In this document: in pieces, positions 53,641 through 63,182 of the stretch
Layout of the letters: each line of letters opens with the position of its first letter
Numbering within the stretch: the stretch's first letter is position 1
From: Nostoc sp. DedSLP01
GTDB lineage: Bacteria > Cyanobacteriota > Cyanobacteriia > Cyanobacteriales > Nostocaceae
Assembly: GCA_034530875.2 (NCBI GenBank)
Contig: JAVRCJ020000003.1
Coordinates: 224,001 to 288,000 of the forward strand
Direction of reading: 5' to 3'
Length of the DNA: 64,000 bases
The notes under the pieces: generated by a model
What the model was told of the DNA's origin: nothing
The model's input: only the letters and a program-made list of their open reading frames with translations
Databases searched by the model: none
Program-made: the position numbers and the translations under genes

Positions 53641-53810
53641 AAATCTACTTAAACCAAAACTTCATACAATAGACATTCTGTTGTATCTCAATTTTTATTT
53701 GTAGAAATTTTGAAATTTTTTAAGTGCTTGATAGGGAAATTGTAAAAACGGCAATTCAACATTAAAAATTTATTTGAATAAAATCTATCTAAACCAAAAC
53801 TTCATACAAT
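53641..53810. repeat. 30-bp direct repeat with 140-bp period
   Basis: aaatctacttaaaccaaaacttcatacaat (53641-53670) vs aaatctatctaaaccaaaacttcatacaat (53781-53810), 28/30 identical. Confidence 0.9.
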
Positions 53811-54277
53811 TGAACTGCTTTAAAAATTCTTAATAGTATTTTATCAGTCAATAAGAAAACTTTTTTCATACTTAATTGTGGTTTTTTATCGAAATTAGTT
53901 TTTTCAAAACCACATTTATTATGAAGCATTGCAAACTAGGGAATTATTAATTTTTGTTTATAATAACAATTGAATTTGTCTTATAGATCTGAATATTTTC
54001 AGATTTTAATATTATAGATATAACTTATTTCCACAGTTATTTGTAGATAAAAAACCTACAAAAACTCTCAACATTGGCTTAATTTCTCAATATGAATGAA
54101 TACAAGAGTTAGCTATAAATTAAATCGAAAAAATTGTAGTGATTTATCGATGTAAAAGCTGCACAATATTTGCCATCAAGTTAATTTCCTAAAGAATAAA
54201 GTCAAACAATCTTCTTGAAAGGGATTTAACTATTAAAAAAGTCAGATCGAAGCAATCAAAAGCATACTTACAAGCAC

Positions 54278-54330
54278 AAAAGCTCCTGGGGACAGCACTT
54301 TTGGGTTAGCTGTCTCATTGTTTCCAGGAG
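54278..54330 (-). terminator. Hairpin downstream of small membrane protein gene
   Basis: ctcctgg...gacagc / gctgtc...ccaggag stem, with T-run on the minus strand. Confidence 0.5.
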
Positions 54331-54367
54331 TTTAAAGCTGAGAAAATTTTATTGTTAGTGGTTGAGT

Positions 54368-54622
54368 TCATTTAGCTGCTTTGGGTGGTTTTCCTGTGAC
54401 TTGAGTTTGTTTAGAGTCATTGTCTTGCAAGAGTTTGTTAGTAATAATCAAGACAATAATTAACAATGCGCACTGAATTTGCCAAGGTGCTAATACTAAA
54501 CTCAAAATCAAGCTAATAGCTGCAAAAACACCTGCAAGATATGCAATCTCATCAGTACTCTTTTTAAACAAGTAGCCAGTAGCTAAAGCAGTACAAAGTG
54601 GTATTAAGAAAAACAGAGCCAT
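54368..54622 (-). CDS. Small hypothetical membrane protein
   Basis: 84 aa hydrophobic, SLILSLVLAPWQIQ motif; AGGT RBS-like upstream. Confidence 0.7.
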   Translation of the reverse strand: MALFFLIPLCTALATGYLFKKSTDEIAYLAGVFAAISLILSLVLAPWQIQCALLIIVLIITNKLLQDNDSKQTQVTGKPPKAAK

Positions 54623-55060
54623 GTCAATTACCTACGGATGGAAATTATGGTATTTATAAAAAATTGAAGTGGTTTTTGGAATTGTGGTTCATTCTACATC
54701 TAAGGACGTTTGAGCCACAACAGTCCATCGATATAAATCTTATAAAAATTCAAGATTACGCAATCTCGTATTTTCGAGCTTCGTTAGGAAGGCAAAAATA
54801 CGGACGTCAGTTCTATGCTACTTGGGGGGATGAGGGGGATTGTAAATTTTTAGAATTGGCACTTCCAAAGTCTCGGATACCAGTGAGATTCTACTGAAGC
54901 CAGCAATTAACTAGCTACATTAGGATAAATTCTTTTCCTGTGCTGTCAGCATAGGTAGCTGCCTTTTACTTATCTGCTAAATTAGCTTAAAACTTTGGGC
55001 TGTCCAAAAAACGATTTAGCATATTACCTTTAAGAGTAGGATTTTCATCTCAAAGACTCG

Positions 55061-57220
55061 ATGCTGAACATTCCTCAATTACTGGCAACTGAATTAGACC
55101 TTAAACCCCATCAGGTGCAAAACGCGCTAGAACTTTTGGCGGAGGGTGCAACGATTCCGTTTATTGCACGCTACCGTAAAGAGCGCACTAACGAGATGAA
55201 TGAAGTGCAACTTCGCGATCTGGCTGATAGATATACTTATTTAACAGAACTGGAAGAGCGTAAGTCTGTGATTTTAAATGCGATCGCCGAACAAGGTAAA
55301 CTTACAGACGAACTCAAAGCAAAAATCGCATCTTGCTTACAAAAGACAGAACTTGAAGACCTATACTTACCGTATCGACCAAAGCGACGTACCCGCGCCA
55401 CCATCGCCAGGGAAAAAGGACTCGAACCCCTAGCGGAGTTCATTAAGTCACTAAATGTCAAAAATGCAACAACACCTTCCTTGGACTCAGAAGCAGTTAA
55501 GTATATTTCTGAAGCTAAGGGAGTAAAAACAGCAGACGAAGCCCTTAAAGGTGCTGCCGATATTTTAGCGGAAGAGGTAGCTGAAAAAGCCGATCTCCGG
55601 GCATATATCCGCGATTATTTCCTAGAAGAAGGCGTATTTGTCTCCCGCATCAAAGACGATTATCCTGAAGGTACAACCAAATTTGAGATGTACCGTAACT
55701 ATCAAATCAAGGTAAAAAATATTGCACCGCACAATATGCTGGCATTGTGTCGGGGTGAAGCTGAGAAAGTATTAACCTTTGAAATTGCTTTCGATGAAGA
55801 TACGGTACTTTATTATCTGGAGTCCCAAGAAATTAAAACCAAAGTCAGGACAATTCGGGATTTTTATCAAGCAATGTTGAAAGATGCATTCAATCGTTTA
55901 ATGAAAGCATCTTTAATGGGTGAAGTGATTGCTGAGAAAAAAGCTTACGCAGACATGGAATCAATCAAGACATTTGAGGCAAATCTTCGAGAGTTGCTGT
56001 TGTCTGCACCAGCCGGAATGAAACCAACCTTAGCCATAGATCCTGGATTTAGAACTGGGTGTAAAGTTGTAGTACTCGACCAAACAGGGAAATTTTTGGA
56101 ATACCAAGCAATATTTCCCCATCAAGCGGCGGAACAAAGACTCAAAGCCGCACAAACCATCAAAAATCTGATTGAAAAGTACAAAATTGAGTTAATCGCC
56201 ATTGGTAACGGTACAGCGTCCCGGGAGACAGACGAATTTGTTTTGGAAGTCTTACAAACTATAGAACGCAAACCAATTAAAGTCATAGTCAATGAGTCTG
56301 GTGCATCTATATATTCTGCGAGTAAAGTGGCGCTGGAAGAATTTCCCGATTTAGATGTTACGGTGCGCGGTGCAATTAGTATCGGCCGGCGTTTGCAAGA
56401 TCCCTTGGCGGAACTGGTGAAAATCGATCCCCAATCCATCGGCGTGGGACAATACCAGCACGATGTCGATCGAAAGTTATTGAAAAAGAAATTGGATGAA
56501 ACCGTAGAAAGCTGCGTTAACTATGTAGGTGTAGACTTAAACACCGCTTCCAAAGAACTGCTAACTTCTGTCTCCGGAATTACGCCAACAGTGGCCAATA
56601 ATATTGTCGCCCATCGCAACCAGCACGGAGCCTTTAAAAATCGCCGCCAACTTTTGAAAGTTCCCAAATTAGGGCCAAAAGCCTTTGAACAAGCAGCGGG
56701 TTTTCTGCGAATTCGCGGTGGTGAAAATCCATTAGATAATACAGCAGTGCATCCAGAGAGTTATTCTGTAGTAGAGGCGATCGCGTCCGATCTAAATGTG
56801 CCATTAAATCAGGTGACGCAAATTGCCGAAAAACTCAAAAAAACCAACCTGAAAAAATACGTCACCGATACTATCGGCGAACCCACACTGCGCGACATCC
56901 TCAGCGAACTAGAAAAACCTGGTAGAGATCCCCGCGCTGAGTTTAAGTATGCCACCTTCAAAGAAGGAATTAAAGAAATTACCGACTTAAAAGAAGGAAT
57001 GGAACTAGAGGGAATCATTACCAATGTCGCTAACTTCGGTGCATTCATTGATATCGGCGTACATCAAGATGGTTTGGTGCATATTTCCCAACTTGCCGAT
57101 CGATTCGTAGACGATCCGAAAAAGATTGTGAAGGTGGGACAAGTTGTGAAAGTTCGGGTACTAGAAGTCAACGAGAAATTAAAGCGAATTAGTTTGTCGA
57201 TGAAAGCAGTTAAGCAGTAA
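55061..57220 (+). CDS. tex: Tex family RNA-binding transcription accessory protein
   Basis: EGATIPFIARYRKE, IDPGFRTGCK, GVGQYQHDV, C-terminal S1 domain. Confidence 0.96.
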   Translation: MLNIPQLLATELDLKPHQVQNALELLAEGATIPFIARYRKERTNEMNEVQLRDLADRYTYLTELEERKSVILNAIAEQGKLTDELKAKIASCLQKTELEDLYLPYRPKRRTRATIAREKGLEPLAEFIKSLNVKNATTPSLDSEAVKYISEAKGVKTADEALKGAADILAEEVAEKADLRAYIRDYFLEEGVFVSRIKDDYPEGTTKFEMYRNYQIKVKNIAPHNMLALCRGEAEKVLTFEIAFDEDTVLYYLESQEIKTKVRTIRDFYQAMLKDAFNRLMKASLMGEVIAEKKAYADMESIKTFEANLRELLLSAPAGMKPTLAIDPGFRTGCKVVVLDQTGKFLEYQAIFPHQAAEQRLKAAQTIKNLIEKYKIELIAIGNGTASRETDEFVLEVLQTIERKPIKVIVNESGASIYSASKVALEEFPDLDVTVRGAISIGRRLQDPLAELVKIDPQSIGVGQYQHDVDRKLLKKKLDETVESCVNYVGVDLNTASKELLTSVSGITPTVANNIVAHRNQHGAFKNRRQLLKVPKLGPKAFEQAAGFLRIRGGENPLDNTAVHPESYSVVEAIASDLNVPLNQVTQIAEKLKKTNLKKYVTDTIGEPTLRDILSELEKPGRDPRAEFKYATFKEGIKEITDLKEGMELEGIITNVANFGAFIDIGVHQDGLVHISQLADRFVDDPKKIVKVGQVVKVRVLEVNEKLKRISLSMKAVKQ

Positions 57221-57233
57221 TTACAAATAGCAG

Positions 57234-57599
57234 ATGGCAATTTATCAAGTCCGACTTATCAATGCTAGTCTGGGATTAGATAGCAATATTGAAGTACCAG
57301 ACGATGAATATATTCTGGATATGGCAGAAGACGCTCATATCCGCCTACCATCTGGGTGCAGACAAGGTGAATGTTCTGCCTGTATCGCTAAACTCGTCAG
57401 CGGTGAAATCGATCAAAGCGAGCAAAAATTTCTGCGCCCTAGTGAAATAGAGGCTGGTTATGTTGTTACTTGTGTAACTTATCCTTTATCTGATTGCACT
57501 TTAGAAACCCATCAAGAACAAGTTTTATATAAATCAGCTCTTTACTATAAACCTGAGTCGTCAAAATCTGAGCGATCGCTACCTGAAAACATTAAATAA
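57234..57599 (+). CDS. Plant-type 2Fe-2S ferredoxin
   Basis: CRQGECSAC...VTCVTYP. Confidence 0.92.
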   Translation: MAIYQVRLINASLGLDSNIEVPDDEYILDMAEDAHIRLPSGCRQGECSACIAKLVSGEIDQSEQKFLRPSEIEAGYVVTCVTYPLSDCTLETHQEQVLYKSALYYKPESSKSERSLPENIK

Positions 57600-57614
57600 A
57601 TCTTAAGTTATTCG

Positions 57615-57641
57615 GGAGCATTAGATATAATGTAATGCTCC
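57615..57641 (+). terminator. Hairpin after ferredoxin
   Basis: ggagcatta ... taatgctcc. Confidence 0.55.
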
Positions 57642-57819
57642 TTGAAATCTTAATAACAAAAGACTTTCAACCCTATTGCCTGTTCCCTACTATATATAGT
57701 AATAATGTTCGACCTAAGGATAGAAGGGAATTCTATCTTTCAAGAGAGGTTAAGAACTAGCGCCTAGTTAAAGATGAAAGTAAGAAGTCCAAAGAAAAAA
57801 TCTTTATTAGGTAAAAACA

Positions 57820-58218
57820 ATGTTGACACCATTTTTAACTGCCTTAGCTACAGCTTTAAGCTTGTTAATAGTTGATTTAATTGTTCCAGACGTTGATATT
57901 GCTAATTTTCCCGCAGCTTTAATTGCCGCTTTTGTTATTGGTTTAATTAACGGTTCGCTCAAGCCGCTTCTTTCTACTCTTTCTTTACCACTCAACTTTT
58001 TAACATTTGGAGGATTTTCCCTCATCGTCAACGGTTTTTGCTTCTGGTTAGCAGCAGCTTTAGTTCCTGGATTCTCAGTTCACGGACTTCTCGGTTTTAT
58101 TCTTGGGCCTGTGATTCTATCTTTTGCTAACACCTTGGTTAACAACTACTTTGTTGAAAGAAACCTTTTAACTGGCAGTGGCAATATTAAAAATCAAGGT
58201 GAACTACCTTCTAGATAG
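57820..58218 (+). CDS. 4-TM 'phage holin family' (YvlD/DUF360) membrane protein
   Basis: GLINGSLKPLL, LPLNFLTFGGFSLIVN, VPGF. Confidence 0.85.
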   Translation: MLTPFLTALATALSLLIVDLIVPDVDIANFPAALIAAFVIGLINGSLKPLLSTLSLPLNFLTFGGFSLIVNGFCFWLAAALVPGFSVHGLLGFILGPVILSFANTLVNNYFVERNLLTGSGNIKNQGELPSR

Positions 58219-58364
58219 GTTTCAGTGGGGATAGAAATAGTAATGTATTCGCGCTTCTATTCCCAATTAAATCTCCGAATTAAGATAAATCATTAGATGG
58301 ATTTTCTAATTCGGTATTTTCCAGAGAATGTAATTAAACAAATTCACGCAGTTGTAAAAACATC

Positions 58365-58556
58365 ATGAAAATAGTTCGTTATCTTCTAGGTTTGTTAGTG
58401 CCTCCCTTAGGCGTTTTCTTGACAGTTGGAGTTGGGCCAACATTGATTATTAACATTCTGCTCACACTTCTCGGTTGGCTTCCTGGTAGTATTCATGCAG
58501 TTTGGGCGATTGCTAAACATGACGAACAACTGAGTCGAGAAGGGCGCGTTTACTAA
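58365..58556 (+). CDS. YqaE/Pmp3 family proteolipid
   Basis: LVPPLGVFL...INILLTLLGWLPGSIHAVW. Confidence 0.92.
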   Translation: MKIVRYLLGLLVPPLGVFLTVGVGPTLIINILLTLLGWLPGSIHAVWAIAKHDEQLSREGRVY

Positions 58557-58574
58557 TACGTAAGATGAATTAAG

Positions 58575-58608
58575 AAATGGGTGATTGTTGCAGACAATCG
58601 CCCATTTT
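58575..58608. terminator. Terminator after pmp3-like gene
   Basis: aaatgggtgattgt ... acaatcgcccattt stem. Confidence 0.7.
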
Positions 58609-58624
58609 GATTTGAGAATATAAA

Positions 58625-58770
58625 TCTCACGCAGAGGCGCAGAGAGGAAAAAGAGAAGTAATTTGGATAAAATTAAAAAATTGAGTAATTTATATTAAGC
58701 TACGCCTGTAAAAGCATCTGCATCTCACCGATATGATATCTCTGCAACTCTGCGTCTGGAGCGTGAGAAA
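58625..58770. repeat. Inverted repeat element of the ACGCAGAG family
   Basis: tctcacgcagaggcgcagag ... ctctgcgtctggagcgtgaga; same arm motif occurs at 37821-37842. Confidence 0.6.
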
Positions 58771-58842
58771 ACCTAATTATTTTTATAAAAAAAAAGTGGT
58801 AATTAACCACCTTTTTTTAGCTAATTTTCTGCAAAAGTACCT

Positions 58843-59643
58843 TTACTTATGGATAGTTTCGCGTTCTTTATCGGCAGGTTCTTTATCTTTAAACAAATCA
58901 GCCGCAGTTAACAGTAATTCTCTCAAGGTTTGCTTGATTTTATATTCTTTTCTAGCTAAAGATGTTCCTGCTTCGCCTAGTTTGCTTTCTAGTTGCGATC
59001 GCTTTTGTTCTACCTGTGTAGCAAGAGTTTCCGCTTGGGGACGAGCTTGATTATACCAGTGTTTGGCCTCGTTTAGATAATCTTGAACCTCCATAGAACG
59101 TCCGCCATAGCGTGCAGCCATATTAGCTCGAACAATGGCTAGCTGCGCTTGCAGTTGCGCGTAACGTTTCTTTAATAATGCCATTTCATCGCTATCTTTA
59201 ATGGCATTAATAGCAGAATCAATGGCAGTTTTTGTAGTAGCGGGTTGTTCCTTGCTTGTCTCTTGAATTTCTGCCAAAATTACATCAACTTCTTGCTGGA
59301 GTTGTTCTTCTTCACCATCTAATTGAGCTTGTAAGCGCTTGATATCAGCCTGGGTTTGAACAATATTTTCGTGTCTTTTACTATTAATTCCTTCTAAAGC
59401 TCCTTCAATAGAAGCTGTAACTTCATCTTTAAGTTCGCTACCTTTTTCTTGAAAGTTTTCAACTACAGCAGAAACCGCATCTCTAACCAGACTACGAATT
59501 TCACTAGAACCTTGTTTGAACTCAGAAGCTACTTGAGAAACTGCGGATTTAACAATTTCTCGAATCCTTTCAGTTCTTAATTGTCCGGTTTCTTTAGCTT
59601 GTTGCAAGTCTGTTTGAATTTGTTGTTTGATATTGTTAGGCAT
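58843..59643 (-). CDS. Hypothetical coiled-coil protein
   Basis: 266-aa Q/E/K-rich helical ORF. Confidence 0.7.
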   Translation of the reverse strand: MPNNIKQQIQTDLQQAKETGQLRTERIREIVKSAVSQVASEFKQGSSEIRSLVRDAVSAVVENFQEKGSELKDEVTASIEGALEGINSKRHENIVQTQADIKRLQAQLDGEEEQLQQEVDVILAEIQETSKEQPATTKTAIDSAINAIKDSDEMALLKKRYAQLQAQLAIVRANMAARYGGRSMEVQDYLNEAKHWYNQARPQAETLATQVEQKRSQLESKLGEAGTSLARKEYKIKQTLRELLLTAADLFKDKEPADKERETIHK

Positions 59644-59824
59644 TTTCAACTCTGTAGATTTAACTAATTGGGATAAAAATTTATAGACATCGTTCTATAT
59701 ACTGATTATGGCGCGGGCATATTTGGCCAGGCACTTCCTTTAGATAGATAACCCCAAACCCTAAAGAAGTGTTACCTATTTGTGAGATGATGAATATTCG
59801 CTGGTATTAATTGAGGATTGAAAT

Positions 59825-60049
59825 ATGTGGCGAGTAAATATTAGTTGTTCTGGAGACGCTTGGAAGATATATAGTACTGAATTTAAGGCGATCGCTGAAA
59901 AATACCAAGGTGAATTAATCGGTTCCAAAAAAATGCCAGATGGCACGCGCATCATGTCATATAAGATTGAGGATGTGAGCGATGCTGAAGCTTTTCAAGA
60001 AGAGTGTACGCAATTTGTTGGATTTATATCTGACTTTGAATCTCTGTAA
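59825..60049 (+). CDS. Small hypothetical protein
   Basis: 74 aa with GAGG RBS. Confidence 0.65.
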   Translation: MWRVNISCSGDAWKIYSTEFKAIAEKYQGELIGSKKMPDGTRIMSYKIEDVSDAEAFQEECTQFVGFISDFESL

Positions 60050-60103
60050 TATTTGTTTTGTAAATTATTTTTATAACAGTATTTCCCAATTTGGAGAAGC
60101 TAA

Positions 60104-60439
60104 GTGAAAAAAATCGTAACTTTGGTATTAGTAACTTTTTTATTATTAATAAGTAACTTTACGTTACCAGCTATTGCAGCAGACACAATTAATGGCGAAC
60201 AAATATTCAGCGTTCATTGTGCTGGTTGTCATATTAATGGTAGTAACATAATCAGGCGAGGTAAAAATCTCAAAAAACAAGCGCTGAAGAAATATGGTAT
60301 GGATTCAATAGAGGCAGTAATATCTATAGTTACCAATGGTAAAAGTAATATGTCAGCCTACAAAGACCGCCTGAGCGAACAGCAAATTCAAGATGTTGCT
60401 GCTTATGTTCTTGAGCAAGCTGAAAAAGGCTGGCGTTAA
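60104..60439 (+). CDS. petJ: Cytochrome c6 family protein
   Basis: Signal peptide, CAGCH heme motif, NGKSNMSAY, DVAAYVLEQAEKGW. Confidence 0.88.
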   Translation: MKKIVTLVLVTFLLLISNFTLPAIAADTINGEQIFSVHCAGCHINGSNIIRRGKNLKKQALKKYGMDSIEAVISIVTNGKSNMSAYKDRLSEQQIQDVAAYVLEQAEKGWR

Positions 60440-60614
60440 AAAAAGTTAGGAGTTAAGAATTAGGAGTTAGGACTTAAGACTTTACCGCTTATTAACTCTA
60501 AGAATCCAAAATCATTCATAATTAAAGTATAAAACTTAAAAAACTGTAAAAGCCCTTGTCTACTCACTAATTATTAACTATTCTAACTCCTAACTTCTCA
60601 CTTCTAACTTGAAA

Positions 60615-61634
60615 ATGAACTTACCCGCAGCTAGTCGTCTCCAATTTACTCCTGATTTAAACATTTGCCGCATATTAAATGGTATGTGGCAAGTCTCTGG
60701 CGCGCACGGACGTATTAATCCCCAAGCTGCCATTGATAGTATGTTTAAATATTTAGATGCAGGCTTTACCACTTGGGATTTAGCAGACCATTACGGTCCC
60801 GCAGAAGATTTTATTGGTGAGTTTCGCTGTCAATTAGTTGATACCCGTGGCAAAGATGCTTTATCGCAAATCCAAGCTTTTACAAAATGGGTACCTCGTC
60901 CGGGGAAAATGACCAAGAAATTCGTCGAGGAAAATATTGATATTTCCTTGAGAAGAATGAATGTGCAATCATTAGATTTGATGCAATTCCATTGGTGGGA
61001 ATATCGAGATAAAAATTATCTAGATGCCCTCAAATATATGGCAGAACTGCAAATTGAGGGCAAAATTAAGCATTTAGCGTTGACAAATTTTGACACCGAA
61101 CACTTAAAAATCATCACAGAAGCAGGGATTAAAATTGTTTCTAACCAAGTACAATTTTCATTGGTCGATCGCCGTCCGGAAGTGAAGATGATTGAATTTT
61201 GTCAACAGCATGATATCAAACTTTTTACTTACGGTACAGTTTGCGGTGGTTTGTTGTCAGAAAACTACTTGGGGAAATCAGAACCGCGAGGGTTTGATTT
61301 AGCTACCGCGAGCCTGAAAAAATACAAAAATACGATCGATGCTTGGGGTGGCTGGCAATTATTTCAAGAGTTGCTTGCTATTCTCAAAGAAATCGCAAAT
61401 AAGTATGGTGTAAGCATTGCTAATGTGGCAGTGCGTTACATTTTAGATCGACCAACTGTGGGAGGTGTGATAGTTGGTGCCAGACTTGGGGTATCCGAAC
61501 ATATAGAAGATAACGCCAAAGTCTTTAGTTTTAGTTTAGATGCTGAGGATTGCGATCGTATTAATGCTGTCTCTCGCCAATCACGCGATTTGTATCAGCT
61601 AATCGGCGATTGTGGAGATGAATATCGGCGATAA
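60615..61634 (+). CDS. Aldo/keto reductase
   Basis: GMWQ, DLADHYG, LDLMQFHWW, SNQVQFS. Confidence 0.9.
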   Translation: MNLPAASRLQFTPDLNICRILNGMWQVSGAHGRINPQAAIDSMFKYLDAGFTTWDLADHYGPAEDFIGEFRCQLVDTRGKDALSQIQAFTKWVPRPGKMTKKFVEENIDISLRRMNVQSLDLMQFHWWEYRDKNYLDALKYMAELQIEGKIKHLALTNFDTEHLKIITEAGIKIVSNQVQFSLVDRRPEVKMIEFCQQHDIKLFTYGTVCGGLLSENYLGKSEPRGFDLATASLKKYKNTIDAWGGWQLFQELLAILKEIANKYGVSIANVAVRYILDRPTVGGVIVGARLGVSEHIEDNAKVFSFSLDAEDCDRINAVSRQSRDLYQLIGDCGDEYRR

Positions 61635-61802
61635 TACAGCAATTATATTTTAGATTTTGGATTTTGGATTGAAGATTCAAAATCCAAAATTCAAACAGCT
61701 TTGAAGCCTCTGAATTCATTCTATGACAGCTATTTTCCCGCATGTAGAAAAATTCAAATATATGCGTTTTTTATTGGGAATCGCGCTACATCTATTGCTA
61801 CA

Positions 61803-63182
61803 TTAATTTAGTCTATCTAGCGGTTGTTGAATCAATGCTTGAAAGCGTTTATCTTCCCGAATATTATCAAAATCCGAGTTGCTTTTTACCCATTCACGGC
61901 ATTCCTCAGGATTTATGTTGATAGCTTGCTGTAGATTTTCAACTGCTAATTCGACATTGTTCTGTAAAGCATAACAGTAAGCCTTGTTGTACCAAGCTTC
62001 GTGGTAATCAGGTTTAAATTGCAGTGCTTGGTCGTAGGATGCCATCGCTTCTTGATAGCGTCCTAATTCATCTAGCACATTGCCCCGATTGTACCAAGCT
62101 TGGTGGTCATCAGGTTTAAATTTCAGTGCTTGGTCGTAGGATACGATCGCTTCTTGGTAGCGTGCTAATTTACCTAGCGCATTGCCCCGATTGTACCAAG
62201 CTTCGTGGTAATCAGGTTTAAAATTTAGTGCTTGGTCGTAGGATGCGATCGCTTCTTGGTAGCGTCCTAATTCATCTAGCGCATTACCTTTACCATTCCA
62301 AGCATAGTGATAATCTGATTGAATTTTTAGTGCTTGTTTATAGGATGCGACTGCTTCTTCATACCGTCCTAAATTCATTAGCGCGTTACCTTTACCATTC
62401 CAAGCATAGTGATAATCTGGTTGAATTTTTAGTGCTTGGTTGTAGTATGTAATAGATCCTTCAAATTCGTTAGCAGCAATTAATAAATTCCCCATTTTAA
62501 ATAATAAATTTGATTTCCGAATTAATTTTTGATGTGTTTCAGCAAGAAGTTCTTGAATTTCCAAAATTTTCTCTATTTTTTGTTGATGACTGAGTTGCAA
62601 ATATTGCTCATAATCTCGTTCTAACAACAGGCGATTTGATTCTTGTTCTAATAATTTTGGCGTTGTAACTAATTCAAATACACCTGAGCGCCAATCAAAA
62701 AAATCTGGAGCGCGATGAATAAAATAGTTTATAGAAAATGAACGCAACAGAAAAACAAAGCTAATTGGAAAATCATCTCTAAAGCGTTCTCGCTGTTGAT
62801 TTAAATTATTTAAAATATGCGGAACACTCGTTAAATTGCTAAATTGTCCTTCACTAATTTCTCCAAAAGTTCTTTGCTCATACTTATACAAAGAATATTC
62901 CAGACCTTTTATCAATAAAATATCAATTTGCTTATCTTTAATAAACTCTGCCACTCGCTCATATAAATTATCAATTGCCTCAACCAAGCGTAAAACTGCA
63001 ATCTTCTTATGCGGAATTTCCTGGGGAAGTTTGGCAATAAATTTGTCTGCTTCCACAGGTGTACATTGGACAAAAAACAAACCAAATCCTGATTTTCGCT
63101 TCAGTGCGCGAAGCAAATCTTGATAAGCTTCTTCTGGTTCTGGGGGTAAATCATCATCCCAATCACTTAAATCTGGGTTCAT
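61803..63182 (-). CDS. TPR protein with N-terminal degenerate P-loop/STAND-like domain
   Basis: 34-aa repeats (AW.N.GNAL..LGRYQEA..SYDQAL); N-terminal LNQQRERF...APDFFDWRSGVF. Confidence 0.9.
   Translation of the reverse strand: MNPDLSDWDDDLPPEPEEAYQDLLRALKRKSGFGLFFVQCTPVEADKFIAKLPQEIPHKKIAVLRLVEAIDNLYERVAEFIKDKQIDILLIKGLEYSLYKYEQRTFGEISEGQFSNLTSVPHILNNLNQQRERFRDDFPISFVFLLRSFSINYFIHRAPDFFDWRSGVFELVTTPKLLEQESNRLLLERDYEQYLQLSHQQKIEKILEIQELLAETHQKLIRKSNLLFKMGNLLIAANEFEGSITYYNQALKIQPDYHYAWNGKGNALMNLGRYEEAVASYKQALKIQSDYHYAWNGKGNALDELGRYQEAIASYDQALNFKPDYHEAWYNRGNALGKLARYQEAIVSYDQALKFKPDDHQAWYNRGNVLDELGRYQEAMASYDQALQFKPDYHEAWYNKAYCYALQNNVELAVENLQQAININPEECREWVKSNSDFDNIREDKRFQALIQQPLDRLN

Noticed and set aside
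53641..53810. The 30-bp direct repeat as a mini CRISPR
   Set aside because: Only two copies, a 110-nt spacer, and no palindromic CRISPR-like structure.
54598..54897. 99-aa ORF upstream of tex, and other short antisense ORFs in the track
   Set aside because: No recognisable motifs, weak starts, and overlap with better-supported genes on the opposite strand.
35044..58218. Two 'phage holin family' genes as prophage markers
   Set aside because: No phage structural, lysis or integrase genes nearby; this 4-TM family is a routine chromosomal membrane protein family.
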